DNA of 64,000 nt from Octopus bimaculoides. Its lineage: Eukaryota. Below, piece by piece: positions 38,511 to 51,167 of this stretch (position 1 is the first letter of the stretch; every line of letters starts with the position of its first letter). The notes below the pieces were generated by a model. It did no database searches and was not told where the DNA came from. It saw only the letters and a program-made list of their open reading frames with translations. The DNA lies in the NCBI RefSeq assembly GCF_001194135.2, contig NC_068982.1, positions 51,619,591 through 51,683,590 of the forward strand, read 5' to 3'. Both the position numbers and the translations under genes were made by a program.

Positions 38511-39720
38511 TCAGGCTGAGTAAAAACTAAGCAATGTTTTGAAACATGTAATTCATAACAATATATTTCAGCGGTAATTTTATTCATCAAAGTAAGTATC
38601 ATTACAGTCAACACATTTTTGCTGAGTTACAAGTTTGTTTATTCCAGTAACATAAAAATCTGGAGTTCTGGAGCTGATGAGCTCTTTGAATGCACTTTCA
38701 CCATCGGTTTGATTTTTGAACTCCTTCTCTTGCAGGAAACCATGTAGGTGCTTGAAAAAGTGGTAGTGTGTTAGAGAAAGGTCTGGGGAATAAGCTGGGT
38801 GGGAAAGAACTTCATAGCCAAGTTCCCTCAACTTCTGGAGCATCATTAGTGAAATATGTGATCAAGCATTGTCATGAAGAATGATTGGCCCTCTTCTGCT
38901 GGCTGGTCTGGGATGGAGGAGTACCAGTTTTTCATTCCTTTTGGCAATTTCTTAGCAGTATATTTCTGCAGTAATGGTTTTCTGGATTTTAAGAAGTTAT
39001 AGTGGATTAGTCCAGCAGTACACCATAAACTTCTATTTAAAGAGCTCGGGTTTAGGGAAGGTTTTTAGTGCTTCATTTTGGGTCAACCACTGTGAAGTAC
39101 ATTTTTATTATTGCACAGAATCCACTTTTCATCGCGAGTTACAATATGGTCAAGAAATAAATCAGTCTGGTTACAGAGAAGGGATGACAAGCAAATTTCA
39201 TATCTGTGCATTTTCTGATTTTCATTCAAATCACATGGTACCAATTTGTAAAGCATTTTTCATTTTCCAATTGCATACAAATGGTTCAGGCAGTTTTCTG
39301 GCTAACTTGAAGTTCTTTTACCAGTTCTCGAGTGGCTTTACGTGGATCTTTCTCAGTGGCGGTCTTTAATTGACCGTCATCAATGACAGATGGGTGTCCA
39401 TACGCTCACGATCTTCAAGGCTCAGGTCTCCACTGCAAAATCGTTTAAACCATTTTTGAGCTGACCATTCACTGGTCATTTCCTCACCTAACATTTCTTT
39501 GATATCATGAGCAGTTTCAGCTGCTTTACGTTCTTTTTTGAAGTTGAATAGCAAAATTGCTCAAATATCGTTCTTTGACAGTTCCATTTCAGATGATTAT
39601 AACAGTGGTGAAAAAAATTCAATGTTAATTCATTGATGCATTTGGGCAAGTCTGTGTCTGTATTAGCAGACAATTGCAAAAAAAAAAAAAAAAAAAACAT
39701 TTTAAACTCTGCAAAAATCC
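38511..39720 (-). mobile_element. Mariner transposon (Hsmar1/SETMAR-like), decayed, near full length
   Basis: KAAETAHDIKEMLGE..SAQKWFKRFCSGDLSLED, LVPCDL (cf. WVPHEL), IVTRDEKWI and LGYEVLSHPAYSPDLS.THYHFF..GINKLV motifs. Frameshifted, third catalytic D position reads H. Right TIR not resolved. Confidence 0.92.
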
Positions 39721-40154
39721 AGTACAAATTCTTCATGTTTCAAAACATTATTTACTTTTTACTCAACCTGATATATTCATGCTAGCATATCTAAAGTTCA
39801 TTAAAACTCTGCAATATCAAAGTTGGATCACCTTTCCTTCTTTTAAGTTTATTTAGAGGGGAAGAGGTAGTTACCATTATTTTAATAGGACTACCGATAT
39901 TATTTTATGAAAACTGTTAGTTAACCTTCACCTTTGCTTAGAACACTCCAAATCAGGCCCAAATTCTCCCTCTCTCTCTTTCTCTCACACACACACTCAC
40001 TCACTCACCCTCACTCACACACACACACACACACACACACACAGTGGTTCTCAGGCTAAGAAATTTTATTCCACTCCAAAAGAATATTATAGAAATATAA
40101 TTATTTCTTCACCATGGTGTTGGATAGTTTAAAACCATCTTAAATTCACTAGAT

Positions 40155-40510
40155 ATTGCAGGCATGGCAGTGTAGTTACGAAGTTTGCATCCCAATTACA
40201 TAGTTTCAGGTTCAATCCCATTGTGCGGCACCTTAGGCAAGAGTCTTCTACTACAGCTCCAGACTGAGCAAAATCTTGTGAATGGATTTGGTAGACAGAA
40301 ACTGAAAAAAGCCTGCTCTGTGTGTCAATGTTTATCTCTCCTTGTCGTCACATCATTTATTTCCAGTATTGTGCAAGAACACGTCTGGCCATGAGGAAAA
40401 ATTACCTTGCTTGGAAACAGGTGAGGGTTGGCAACAGGAAAGGCACCTGGCCATAGAAAATCTTCCTCAACAAACACTGTCTAAACTATGGAAGCATGGA
40501 ATGGTGGGTG
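40155..40510 (+). mobile_element. SINE, family A head with alternative tail
   Basis: ggcatggcagtgtagttacgaagtttgc..aggttcaatcccattgtgcggcacc..ggaaaattaccttgcttggaaacaggtgagggttggc. Confidence 0.85.
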
Positions 40511-40583
40511 CTGAAATGAAGACTAATTTGTCTTCCCCCTTTGTCAATTCTTACGATTCTCTCTTTGAAAAACACTGCATTAG

Positions 40584-40653
40584 GTGATCAAATCTTATTT
40601 CATAAATGGAAGCAATTTCTAAGAAATCACATTATCAAAGGACATTTTGTGAG
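40584..40653 (+). CDS. Candidate exon (GDQILFHKWKQFLRNHIIKGHFV, phase 1/2)
   Basis: actgcattag|...GTGAG|gtgaaa. Phase fits 44610. Confidence 0.3.
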
Positions 40654-40811
40654 GTGAAACTTGATGGACAATATGAAACATCAGAATGTCCAATAATGGC
40701 TCCATAAAATCTTTTAGATTAATTTTTGTATTATATTTTATTTTCAGTTTTTTATCTTTTCTATTTTCCATATCTTTTAACCCTTTCCTATGCAGTTGGC
40801 ACCTCATTCTG

Positions 40812-41010
40812 AGTTAATGATTTCAAAGTTTTGGCACAAGGCCAGCAATTTTGTGGACGAGAATGAGTTGATTATATTGACCTCAGTGCTCAACTGGTAC
40901 TTATTTTATCAACTGCAAAAGGATGAAAGGCAAAATCAACCTCAGCAGAATTTGAACTTAGAACCTAAAGAAAGACAAAATGCTGCTAAGCATTTTGCCT
41001 GGCATGCCCC
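40812..41010 (-). mobile_element. SINE family B
   Basis: ggtacttattttatcaactgcaaaaggatgaaaggcaaaatcaacctcagcagaatttgaact. Confidence 0.85.
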
Positions 41011-41637
41011 ATTCTAAATTATTACCTCATTCTAAATTATTAACCTGCTCCAGTTTTCTAATTTAGATTATGCGATGGCATTCCATAGAGAATGAATGGA
41101 GAAGTTTCAGTTACTGATTGGTTGTCACTAATTTATCTGATTTGAAATATTTTCAAAAATTATGTAGAAGGAGCATTGATACTTCATAGATTATAATACA
41201 GCCTGTATTTTGAGTGTGAGGGAATGATACTTGATAGCTTTTCTTCCTGTATTGTATTAGTTATTAATCCTTCAATATCATGTTGAATGTTTCTACATCT
41301 TCTATTGGTAAATAACTGGTTTCTTATAGCAGCAGTTCCATTTCTGACTTAAAGTTTGCAAAGTTTCTCTGCTGTTCAGTGGCATGCAAATTTTGGTGTA
41401 GATGAAAATGTTTGAAATGTGACTCCAGATGAGGGTGCTTAATTACAAATACCAATAATAGCAGTTTTTGTATCCCGTGAAGTATGGGGGAAAATATGCC
41501 TGAAGCCTCTAACTAGTAGGGGGATCTTGCCTACAAAATGGTCTCATTATACTTGTAATATACTTGTATAAATTTTGTTATTGCTATTTTGATGCATAAA
41601 TTTACATATCTTTCAGAACATTCTTTCATTACATTAA

Positions 41638-41819
41638 CCCTTTTGTTACCATATTTCTGTTAAAACACTCTGCCTTTGTTTAAGTTTGTTTTTATTAAGC
41701 TGATGTTTGGAACATAAATTGCCATGAGATTTTGATGACAGGTTTTAATTTATATCACTTCAAAATACAGAGTTTGCATCAAAGAACAAGTTGTTTCAGG
41801 CAGGTTGATATCAAAAGGA
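41638..41819. mobile_element. TTAA-flanked MITE
   Basis: TTAA|cccttttgttacca ... tgatatcaaaagga|TTAG. Related pieces at ~9115-9306 and ~15708-15850. Confidence 0.7.
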
Positions 41820-42069
41820 TTAGTGATTTTGGCATTACTTCATTTCCTGGTCCACATGAAAATGTTTACCTTGTCAAAAGTGAAAGTGAAATTTTGTTTT
41901 GGTTTAAAAAAGTATTTTCCAAGAAAATGAATTATTAAAGATTCCATATTTCCCTTAAACAAATGAAATTATGAAGGAACACAAGTATACAGTAATGATA
42001 GCAATATATATGGTGGACAAGAATGCTGGTTAAATACTGTAAAGCATCCAGTCTGATGCAAGCATGCTG

Positions 42070-42290
42070 AATCATCGTTATTTAACAGCTGTTTTCCATG
42101 CTGGCATAGGTTGGATAGTTTGACCAGAGCTGTTAATGTCAGGGGCCACACCAAGCTCCATTGTCTGTTCTAGCATGGTTTCTGTAGCTGGATGTCCTTC
42201 CTAATGCCAGTTACTCCACAAAGTGTACTTGATGCTTCTTATGTGGCACCAACACTGGTGGCAACTTTGCTTTAGCGGATGGGTCTTCAC
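42070..42290 (-). mobile_element. Family C element, decayed
   Basis: catcgttatttaacagctgttttccatgctggcataggttggatag..ggatgtccttcctaatgcc aligns to 1975-2160. Confidence 0.8.
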
Positions 42291-42529
42291 TATGGAATTG
42301 TGAAAATCTGAGTTTATATGGCATTATGCTCTTCCTAATGATTGATCGTAAACAATTACTTGAAAATATTAGGTTTGTTTATACTTTGTTTTTAAAAAAA
42401 AAAATCTGCTTTTCTCTCATTTAAACATTTACACTGTCTAAGTTCAACATTTCTCTTGTTTTTTTATAAAGAAAAGCATTTTTTTCACATACGAATACAT
42501 TGTGTGGCAGGTAGAGTAATATTGTATTT

Positions 42530-42908
42530 TACTTGTTTCTTTACTTGTTTCAGTCATTAGATTGCAGCCATGCTAGGATCCCACCTTGAAGTTTAGTTGA
42601 ACAAATTGACCCCAGTATTTATTTATTTTAAACCTGGTACTGATTCTATCTCTATCAGTCTCTTTTTGTCAAACTGCTAAGTTATGGGGATGTAAACAAG
42701 CCAACACTGATTGTCAAGTAGTGGTGGGGTACAAACAAAGACACACAAATGATAGGCTTCTTTCAGTTTCCATCTACCAAATCCACTCACAAGGCTTTGG
42801 TTAGCCTGGGCTATAATAGAACACACTTGCCCAAGGTTCCACACAGTAAAACTGAACCTGGAACCATATGGTTGGAAAGCAAACTTCTTACCACACAGCC
42901 ACACCTGT
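42530..42908 (-). mobile_element. SINE family A
   Basis: Collinear with 15858-16230. Confidence 0.9.
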
Positions 42909-43454
42909 AAAGAAATCGTAACTATTTTACTAGCTGGTATTTTCTTATATAAGACAATGATAAAATTTTTATCTGTCAAAATCTTGGTGTTTATTTATGG
43001 AGAAGTCAGAGCAAAATTCCAATAACCGGGTTCAAAAGGAGCATTGTACATGCTAAATACACATATGTTCAGTCAAAATGTGTAACATTGTGAGCTGAAG
43101 TTGAAAAATAGATTAACTGAGGTTAATTTTGCAATTAGAATGCAAAAACAAACTTCCTTGAAGGGTGTTTAAAATCTAAAAGCTACAGGGAGAGGAGATA
43201 ACTCTAATAACATTAAGCAGCCTAAATTCTTTGGAATTAAAAACAATGCAGTTAGGAGAGAGTTTTGTCCATAAAGTCAGCTGCTGAAAGTCTGTAGCTG
43301 TTTTGATCTTATTAGATCTCATCAATAAGACATATTTACCTCTATTGGCTAAACTTAGAAGCGCGCGCGTGTGTGTCTCTGTGTGTGTGTGTGTGTGTGT
43401 CTAAGAGAGAGAGAATGTGGGTATGTACAATGACACTGATTATGAATATCAGTA

Positions 43455-43775
43455 ACAGGACTAATGAAGGTGGTGAGCTGGCAGAATTGTTAGTATGCCA
43501 GGCAAAATGCTTAGCAGCATTTCATCCATCTGTATGTTCTGAGTTTAAATTCCAGCTGTCAGCTTTGCCTTTCATCCTCCCAGGGTCAATAAAATAATTT
43601 CCAGTAGAGGGCTGGAGTCAGTGTAATTGACNNNNNNNNNNNNNNNNNNNNNNNNNNNNNNNNNNNNNNNNNNNNNNNNNNNNNNNNNNNNNNNNNNNNN
43701 NNNNNNNNNNNNNNNNNNNNNNNNNNNNNNNNNNNNNNNTACTGGCCTTGTGCTAAAATTTGAAACCAATAACAG
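43455..43775 (+). mobile_element. SINE family B spanning the assembly gap 43632-43739
   Basis: ggtgagctggcagaattgttag..ctgagtttaaattcc..; the tail ggccttgtgctaaaatttgaaacc follows the Ns. Confidence 0.8.
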
Positions 43776-44609
43776 GACCAAAGGAAAATACTCTAAGGAA
43801 GTGTCCTGCATGCTAAATACAAATATGGTAAAGTCTCAAACATGTAATATGAGTTGAGACACTTATCAACTGAGCATGTTTAAAATCTTGGATCAGCCAA
43901 TAGTCACTAGAGTTAACTTTTTGGCTTGTTTCTAGATTTGAAATGGTAGAGGGAAATTTTATCTCTTAATTGCAATAATCTAATCACTTTTTCAATTCAA
44001 TAACAAGAAAGCATGTCACTAATGAGAGACCAGAAATGTCAGTTTATATCAAAAGCATTAAAAGTTGTGATAGCCTTGATACTTTGAGTATTTTAAATAA
44101 TTACTTGTTAATTTCCATTCAGTTTGATGACTGCCACTCTTTTCCCCAACACTAAATCTTTATTTTGATGGGCTGTCGTAGAATGAAATAACTTGCTGAA
44201 GGGCACAACAGTGCTTGTTATGATAGAAGAGTATATTTATTAGCTGAGAGGTACTTTATACAATTATCTGTTGTTAAAGAAGTTGAATAAATTAATGCCA
44301 TCACTGTGAATTGAAATTGCACTCTCTTGAACTTCAGAAACCTAATACTTCAATTCATAATGCTATGCTGTGAAAGGAAGTGATTGAAACCCATTTGAAT
44401 ATCAAATGTTCTGTCAAAGAATACTGTATTTTAAATGCTGCTTTATTCATATGTTTAGTCTGTGTGCTAGATAAGAATAATGTAATAGCATTATTATATT
44501 TTGTTTTAAAGCTAATCTGCTGCATAGACAATACTTGTACCATTTTCAGACCCTTTTAGACAAGAATAACTTGTTAGTGCAGCTAATGTTTTGTTTTAAT
44601 TCTTCCCAG

Positions 44610-44705
44610 TTACAATTTGAAGGTTATACATGGGACAGCAAGTATTCCAGGGTATACATTTCTTGGTGGGAATGATTGGGCTCTGCTGCACAAAGATAGA
44701 TCATG
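44610..44705 (+). CDS. Candidate exon (YNLKVIHGTASIPGYTFLGGNDWALLHKDRS(W), phase 2/2; alternative donor after 44709)
   Basis: Strong acceptor ttttgttttaattcttcccag|. GC content above background and an open frame to gttggt or gtaaac. Protein not recognised. Confidence 0.4.
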
Positions 44706-44867
44706 GTTGGTAAACTCTGTAAATTGATTGGAATCTGGTTGTTCTAATCAACAGTAGACAAGAGCTGTCAATGTCATGTAATGCATGGGAAAAATAAATC
44801 AAACATTATCAAGTATTCTTCAACAACTAGATGAATGCATGTATGCTTGCATCATGTTTTCTTCTAT

Positions 44868-45262
44868 TTTTTACTTGTTTCAGTCATTGAACTATATCCA
44901 TCCTGGGGCACCACCCTGACATGGTTTGGATTTTTTTTTTTTAGTCAAACAAATTGACCCCAGTACTTTTCTTTTCTAAGTCTAGTACTTACTTGGTCTG
45001 CCCCTTTTGTTGAACTGCTAACTTGCAGGGATGTAACCAAACCAACACCAGCTGAAAAGCAGTGGCAGGAGGACAAATGCAACATGTATGGTAAGACATG
45101 GGCTTCTTTCAGTTTCTTTCTACCAAAACCACACACAAGACTTTGGTCAGCCCAGGGCTATAGCAGAAGACACTTGCCCAAAGTGCCATGCAGAGGGACT
45201 GAACCCAGAACTGTGTGATTGGGAAGCAAGCTTCTTACCAACAGCCATGCCTGCACCTATAA
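44868..45262 (-). mobile_element. SINE family A, decayed
   Basis: Collinear with other family A copies. Confidence 0.85.
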
Positions 45263-47169
45263 GAAATAATTCTTTAGTTGTCATTGCTTATCTTTTTGTT
45301 AATAGCAAAGCTGAACTGTTAACAGATTTGAATTTAAGTCTATTGTATGGAGAAAAATCCTGTTATGATTTTTTTTTTTTAGTTTTTGACTTATATAAAA
45401 TTTCTTGTAAAAGTACGTAAATCAGCTAAAAAATAAATATAAAGCTAATGATTGTTACAAAGCTCTCTGCTATAAAATGCTGAAAAAAGAGAAATTTAAT
45501 TTCATTCCAGGCTTGTTTATTTACTTGTAGTGACAACAATACTATTTTGCAATGTTTTTAAAATTTTGTTTTGCATGAATTATATTAAACTTGAGATAGC
45601 AATAATGATGATGATGTTGATAATGATATAAATTATGGCATTTGGCAGTTGCACTAGTTTTGCTGCCTACTAGCACTTTTTCTGTGCTTAAAATTGTATG
45701 CTAAGAGGTTTTGTTTCCAATCCAATCGTTTCAACTTCAGTGTTTCGAAACTTCCAGTTATGAGAGAAAGAGTTCATTGAGTATGAAATGTGGTTCCTTG
45801 GAGATGTAACAGAGAAAATGGGTAAATTTTGCCTTGCAGCATAATTTGTAGATTTAAAAAATAAGATCAGAATGACCAATCTAACAGTCTCACTAATTAT
45901 AGTGATTTATAATTATTTTCTCATGTTTACTTCTTGGTGTTTGCTTATCTACAAATTAAAGTCTTAAAGACAAATTGTTATCAGTTAAGTAAAAGATTAA
46001 TTTACGGGTGTTATTTAGTATATAATGCTTGGTGGTTTATTTCTTACTAATTAAAAATTTTACTTCTCACTTATGAAAGTAATCTGATAGTGTCATTAGA
46101 TTATTTTTAAGCCATTGAATTTTTTCAATGTAGATAGTTTTTAACTATGAAAATGACACATATAGAAGCTAAAGTAGGACATTCATTTAGTTTGTAAAGC
46201 GTTAAACATTTTTTCAAATAACCTTTTCTAGCAACTGATGTTTACTCTTCTAATCATATGATTGGTCTGCTCTTTAATCACCTTATTTTGCTATGGTGTC
46301 TGTTAGAAACACCATGTGGTGCCAGAATATTTGAAACCAATGTTTGCTCTTCTTGATAACCACATGACTGGTTTGCCTTTAATCACCTCATTTTGCTATG
46401 ATGTCAGCTCGAAACACTATCAAGCAGTGCCAGAATATTTTTCCTGTAAAAACAGTTATTGTATGCATCCTGTTATGCGTATCAGACTGTTTGATCCACA
46501 TTGCTTGATCTTCCAACTTAGACCCTGCTTACCATGTCTGCTTGGCTGAGGATTCAACTGGGTTGACTGCTTGTGTTAGTTGACCACATGCCATGTGGTC
46601 AGAGCAGATAAGGAGTACCTCATGAAGATGGGGACTGACTGGAACTGTGCTCGATGGATTGCCCAGTAAGACCCAGGAATATACAAATGGTGATGCAGCA
46701 GTGAGCTGCAATGGCACATACTCCCATACCTAACCTGGCCTTCAATATAACTAAAAACAGAATAGTAATTTATCTCAAGAAATTAATTAATTCTAAGAGT
46801 ATATAATATAAAATCTGATAGTACAAGAGAAAGACAGGTTGGACTATTATGTGTTGCAATGTCAAATAGATGATGTGTTAAAAAGTGTGAATTTTTATCA
46901 ACTCATTAATATTGTTCTGTAAAAGTCAAGCAAGGTGCAGTTATTCCCATCTGAACATTAGGTACCACTGAACACAAGGTTGTTGTTATTTCAAGACAGC
47001 TCTGATCGAAGGCAGCCCAACCATGGCAATTCCATTTTTTATCTAGCATAGTATTTCTGAACACAAATGGACTAGCTTTCCTTAATATGGTAAGATCTAA
47101 GAGAAATTTGGCTACTGTTATTTGCAGATAAAATTATCTTATCACTCCCTCGGTTGTTTGATTAATTAC

Positions 47170-47261
47170 CTGTTTCAACTTGTATATAGCCCTTATTGCT
47201 CTGGTTTCTCTTCTTGTCAAAGCTATCTTTTTCATGTTCTGCCAAGTTAGAGATAGTACAC
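47170..47261 (-). CDS. Candidate exon (CTISNLAEHEKDSFDKKRNQSNKGYIQVET, phase 2/1; a second frame is also open)
   Basis: aatcctctttactgtag| ... AAACAG|gtaatt. Confidence 0.38.
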
Positions 47262-47452
47262 CTACAGTAAAGAGGATTTCTGTTGTGGAAAACAAACCTT
47301 TGGACTTATATACAATTCTGTCAGTAACTGCCTGCATGCAAGTTTACTGACATAAAAATAAATAAATAAATAAATCAGGTATCAGCTTGTTGATGTTTTC
47401 TTGTTGGCTGTCATTTGTTGAAATTAATTAAACCTTGAAGATTTCATGTTAC

Positions 47453-47474
47453 CCTTTCAGCCTGTTAATGGTAT
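47453..47474 (-). CDS. Candidate 22-nt exon ((N)TINRLKG, phase 1/2)
   Basis: gatgttttttttttacag|ATACCATTAACAGGCTGAAAGG|gtaaca. Only one frame is open and it fits both neighbours. Confidence 0.3.
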
Positions 47475-48692
47475 CTGTAAAAAAAAAACATCTCAATTAA
47501 ATAATTTTCCTGGTATCAACTCGTAAACTAGATAGATGAGACATGTTCAAAATAAAATACCAAATAAACCTTTGTGGGTTATCAAATGTATACAATTGGT
47601 TGTATGTGTGAGATTGATGGTGAAGTGGTAAAGAGAATTAGAAAATTGATAGAAATCACCTGGCAAGGAATTCATGTTAGATAGAAAAAGTTAACAGATA
47701 AGACATTAAAGTTGTTTTTTTTTATGTTTAGCTTGTTTTTGTTGGGGGTGGGGTAGTTTTTTTTCAGGAAATGTTAATTGCTATATTTGTAATATTTCTT
47801 TTCCTTTAATTTTATAAAAAAAATAGAAATAAGAATAAATAAATAAAAAAAAAGTGGGTAAAATGTGTTTTGCAAAAAGGGATTTTTGTTTTTTGTCCTT
47901 TTGCCAGGTGTGAATCAGCCCCCAACAACACATCCACCACCATCATTATCATCATTTTTACCAAAATTACTTTTGTGCAGGTGCAAAAGCATTTGCATTA
48001 TCTAGAGTTTCTTTTTATTTAAAGATACAAAGTATTTCTAGTGTTGAAGTTTCACTAAGGAAATTAACTGTGACTACAGTTTAAATACCTATGATTAAAA
48101 ATGTCAGAACTGTGAGGAAACTAACTTGTCTGAGGGTGGGGAGTATGACCACAAAAAAATATATATATAAATAATAGGATAAACTCTAAAAATAAATTTC
48201 CCTTTTCATGATTTTTTTAATTTTTTTATTACAAAGTTGTCTTTCTGTTAACATTATGAATTTTGCCCACTTCTTCCAGTTAACAAAGGCCACCTAAAAA
48301 TGTTTTTTGTTTTTAATTAGTTCCAGAAAATTGTATCGTTGATAGTAAAAACTAGTTAGAAGCTTTGTTTATAATGATTTATTATTTTAATTGGAAAGAA
48401 AATTGCTACATTTCAGCTTCATTAAGGTTAATTTATCTAAATCATGTTACTATCAGGTTTGTTAAAAGCAAACTATATAACTAAACACCTGAAGTTCCAG
48501 ATGGTTAATCTCACATTCATTGTATTCTATTTAAGTATCTGTCAAATTATACAATAACTAAAGATAATTAGTGTCAACATTATCTTGGAGCTGATGTATT
48601 ATACTGGAGGAGAGACAACAGTGTAAATGAAATTGTATAAAATCTTATTGAGTCAATAGCTCACATCTAGAGCTAGTATTCTTGTGACACTA

Positions 48693-49440
48693 CGTGGCGG
48701 TCTGATCAATGAGTATCCAGACTGTTGCCATAGTAACGAAGCTAATGCATGCATACAGAGTGAAGCCACTTGGCACAGATTGACATTGAAATCTGCTGTG
48801 CATGCGCACTAAGTTTTAATGTTCTAGCTCACTACCACTGTTTACAGCAGTGCTTGGAAGGAAGGTGTGTAGCATGTAATCCTCGCATTGACTATGACAG
48901 AGAAAGTTGTCATGGCAATACCTGTCAGAAGCCTATGCAAAGTTGCACAAAGTGTATGGAGAGAAGTGTATGAGCCACACACAAGTGTGCAAGTGGTTCA
49001 GACCTTTCCAAGATGGCTGCAAAAATGTTGACATTGACAAACATTCTGGGAAACCCACAACCAGCAGGACTAAGAAAAACATCACAGATGTGCATGCACC
49101 ATCATTGAATCACCATCTGTGAGTTAGTTATCAGAGGATGTGCTGATTAGTTACAGTTTTAGTTAAGTCCATTGTCACTGAAGATTTGGGCATGAGACAC
49201 ACGTCTGCCAAGTTTGTGCCAAGACTGCTTTCAGCTGGCCAAGAAGACACTCGGGTTTCAGTTGCACCAGATTGCCTTGATTGTGTTCAGAACAATGAAA
49301 ACTGTTTGGAAACTTTGCGTAGGCCTCTGGGCAGTTATCACCTAGATTTTGGCAAAATTTGATGCAGATTCTCTGCTCAACTTGCTCTGTCATGGTCAAT
49401 GCGACAATCACGCACTACACGCCTGCTTCCACTATCAGTC
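48693..49440 (+). mobile_element. Mariner 5' half followed by an inverted copy of its own 5' region
   Basis: TA|cgtggcggtctgatcaatgagtatccagactg TIR-like start. EAYAKLHKVYGEKCMSHTQVCKWF..SGKPTTSRT on +. MTEQVEQRICIKFCQNLGDNCPEAYAK on - at 49311-49432. Confidence 0.9.
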
Positions 49441-49659
49441 GATGTATTTTATAGAAATTAAAACAATCCCATTTTAAACTATTTTCTACTTTACATATTT
49501 TTTTTATACACGAATAACTGAATTTGTCATTTCAATAATCAAGAAAGACTTTTTTCTTTAATTTTTCTTGAGCTCTAGGACTCGTTAAACTAGTTGCCTG
49601 GTTTCCATGGTGTATATGTGACTGATTATCACAACATTCACCCTAAACAGGATGCCACG

Positions 49660-49870
49660 CTGGTGCAGGGTTTGAGGCAAGCATTTTTGAAGGGAGAGAA
49701 CAAGTTGATTACATTGACTCTTGCATTTGATTGGTATTTTATTTCATCAACTCCAAGGGGATCAAAAGCAATGCTGACCTCAGTTGGATTTGAACACAGA
49801 ACATAAAAACCAGAAGAAATATCTCTAAGCATTTTGTCTATCATGCTAACAATTCTGCCAGCTTGCCACC
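49660..49870 (-). mobile_element. SINE family B, decayed
   Basis: ggtattttatttcatcaactccaaggggatcaaaagcaatgctgacctcagttggatttgaacacagaac. Confidence 0.75.
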
Positions 49871-50521
49871 AAAATATATACTATTCAAAAATTTAAATAG
49901 ACATTAAATCCACTTAAAAAGTAAACAAATAATAAATCAATTGCTTATAAAATCAGCTTCCTTTATTTTTAATTTCAATTTCCTTTTCCTTTTATTATCT
50001 TCTTGGTGTCTAACAAACTATATTTTACCAGTAAATTCTCATGTCTGTTTGTCTTTGAGTCATAATTGCTATTCCTCAATAACAAATTTGTAAATTTTGA
50101 AGATCATAACAAATACAATTGGTACTTAAAGCAAATTTTGTTTCAGTTAGTCCTTCATTGGGAGAATGAAGAGGGTTTTTTATAAAAGACAAAATGTTGC
50201 CAACTTCTTAGAAATGCTGCATGTATGACATTTCTTCCATCTCATAGATCCATTCTATTATCTAATTCAAAATTATTTTCATTACAACGCAATTTGAAAT
50301 TATATACTACTTTACATTGGTAAAGGAGTCTGAAAATATTCTAGTTCTTTCATTCTGGTATTCTTTGTGAAGTTGAAATCTCTACTGTTGACATTATGTA
50401 TGATTCAAAATATTTTAGTTTTCTCATTTCTTCTATTTTCTTGTTATGGGTACTGTGTCATCGTCTGCTGTTGACCTTTTCAATTTAAATATAAAAAAAT
50501 AAAATTGTTTTCCAAACACAG

Positions 50522-50605
50522 GCATCATATCAAAAATATTCTCGCATTAAATACATCTGCTATGGCAATTAAGAAATTAAGAATGCAAGAAACAGAGTTC
50601 ATAAA
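50522..50605 (+). CDS. Candidate exon (HHIKNILALNTSAMAIKKLRMQETEFI, phase 2/2)
   Basis: ttgttttccaaacacag|...ATAAA|gtaaat. Single open frame whose phase fits 44610-44705. Confidence 0.3.
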
Positions 50606-50839
50606 GTAAATTTAGATTGATTGATGCAGCCATAATTTAAAAATAAAAATATTTAACTCTGAGCTGAGAGCTTGGTTAGTATGAGAAAATAATTCACCAC
50701 ACTTCTGATTTTTTAGGTTAAAACTCAGGATTTTCATTTTATTAGTCATTTTTTTGGTACATTGATTATTATCTTAAATTGATTTGGTGCAATATAAAAA
50801 TGTACCAACAAATAATACTTAGTGTTTTAATAATTCTTT

Positions 50840-51058
50840 TATTCTTTTACTTGTTTCAGTCATTTAACTGCAGCCATACTGGACCAGCACCTTAAAGGGT
50901 TTTTTTAGTCAAAGAAATCGACCTCAAGACTTATTCTTTGTAAGCCTAGTACTTATTCTATCGGTCTCTTTTGCCGAACCGCTAAGTTACGGGGACATAA
51001 ACACACCAGCATCAGTTGTCAAGTGATGGTAGAAGACAAACAGACACAAAGATATGCA

Positions 51059-51089
<31 letters not shown>

Positions 51090-51167
51090 GACAGGCTTCT
51101 TTCAGTTTCCATCTACCAAATCCACTCACAAAGCTTTGGGCAGCCCAAGGCTATAGTAGAAGACACT
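50840..51167 (-). mobile_element. SINE family A, 5'-truncated
   Basis: ttacttgtttcagtcatttaactgcagcc..ttttgccgaaccgctaagttacgggg..gtagaagacac. Confidence 0.92.

Noticed and set aside
41732-41938. ORF with a kinase-like ISDFG motif
   Set aside because: It spans the right TIR of a MITE, and no other kinase motifs are present.
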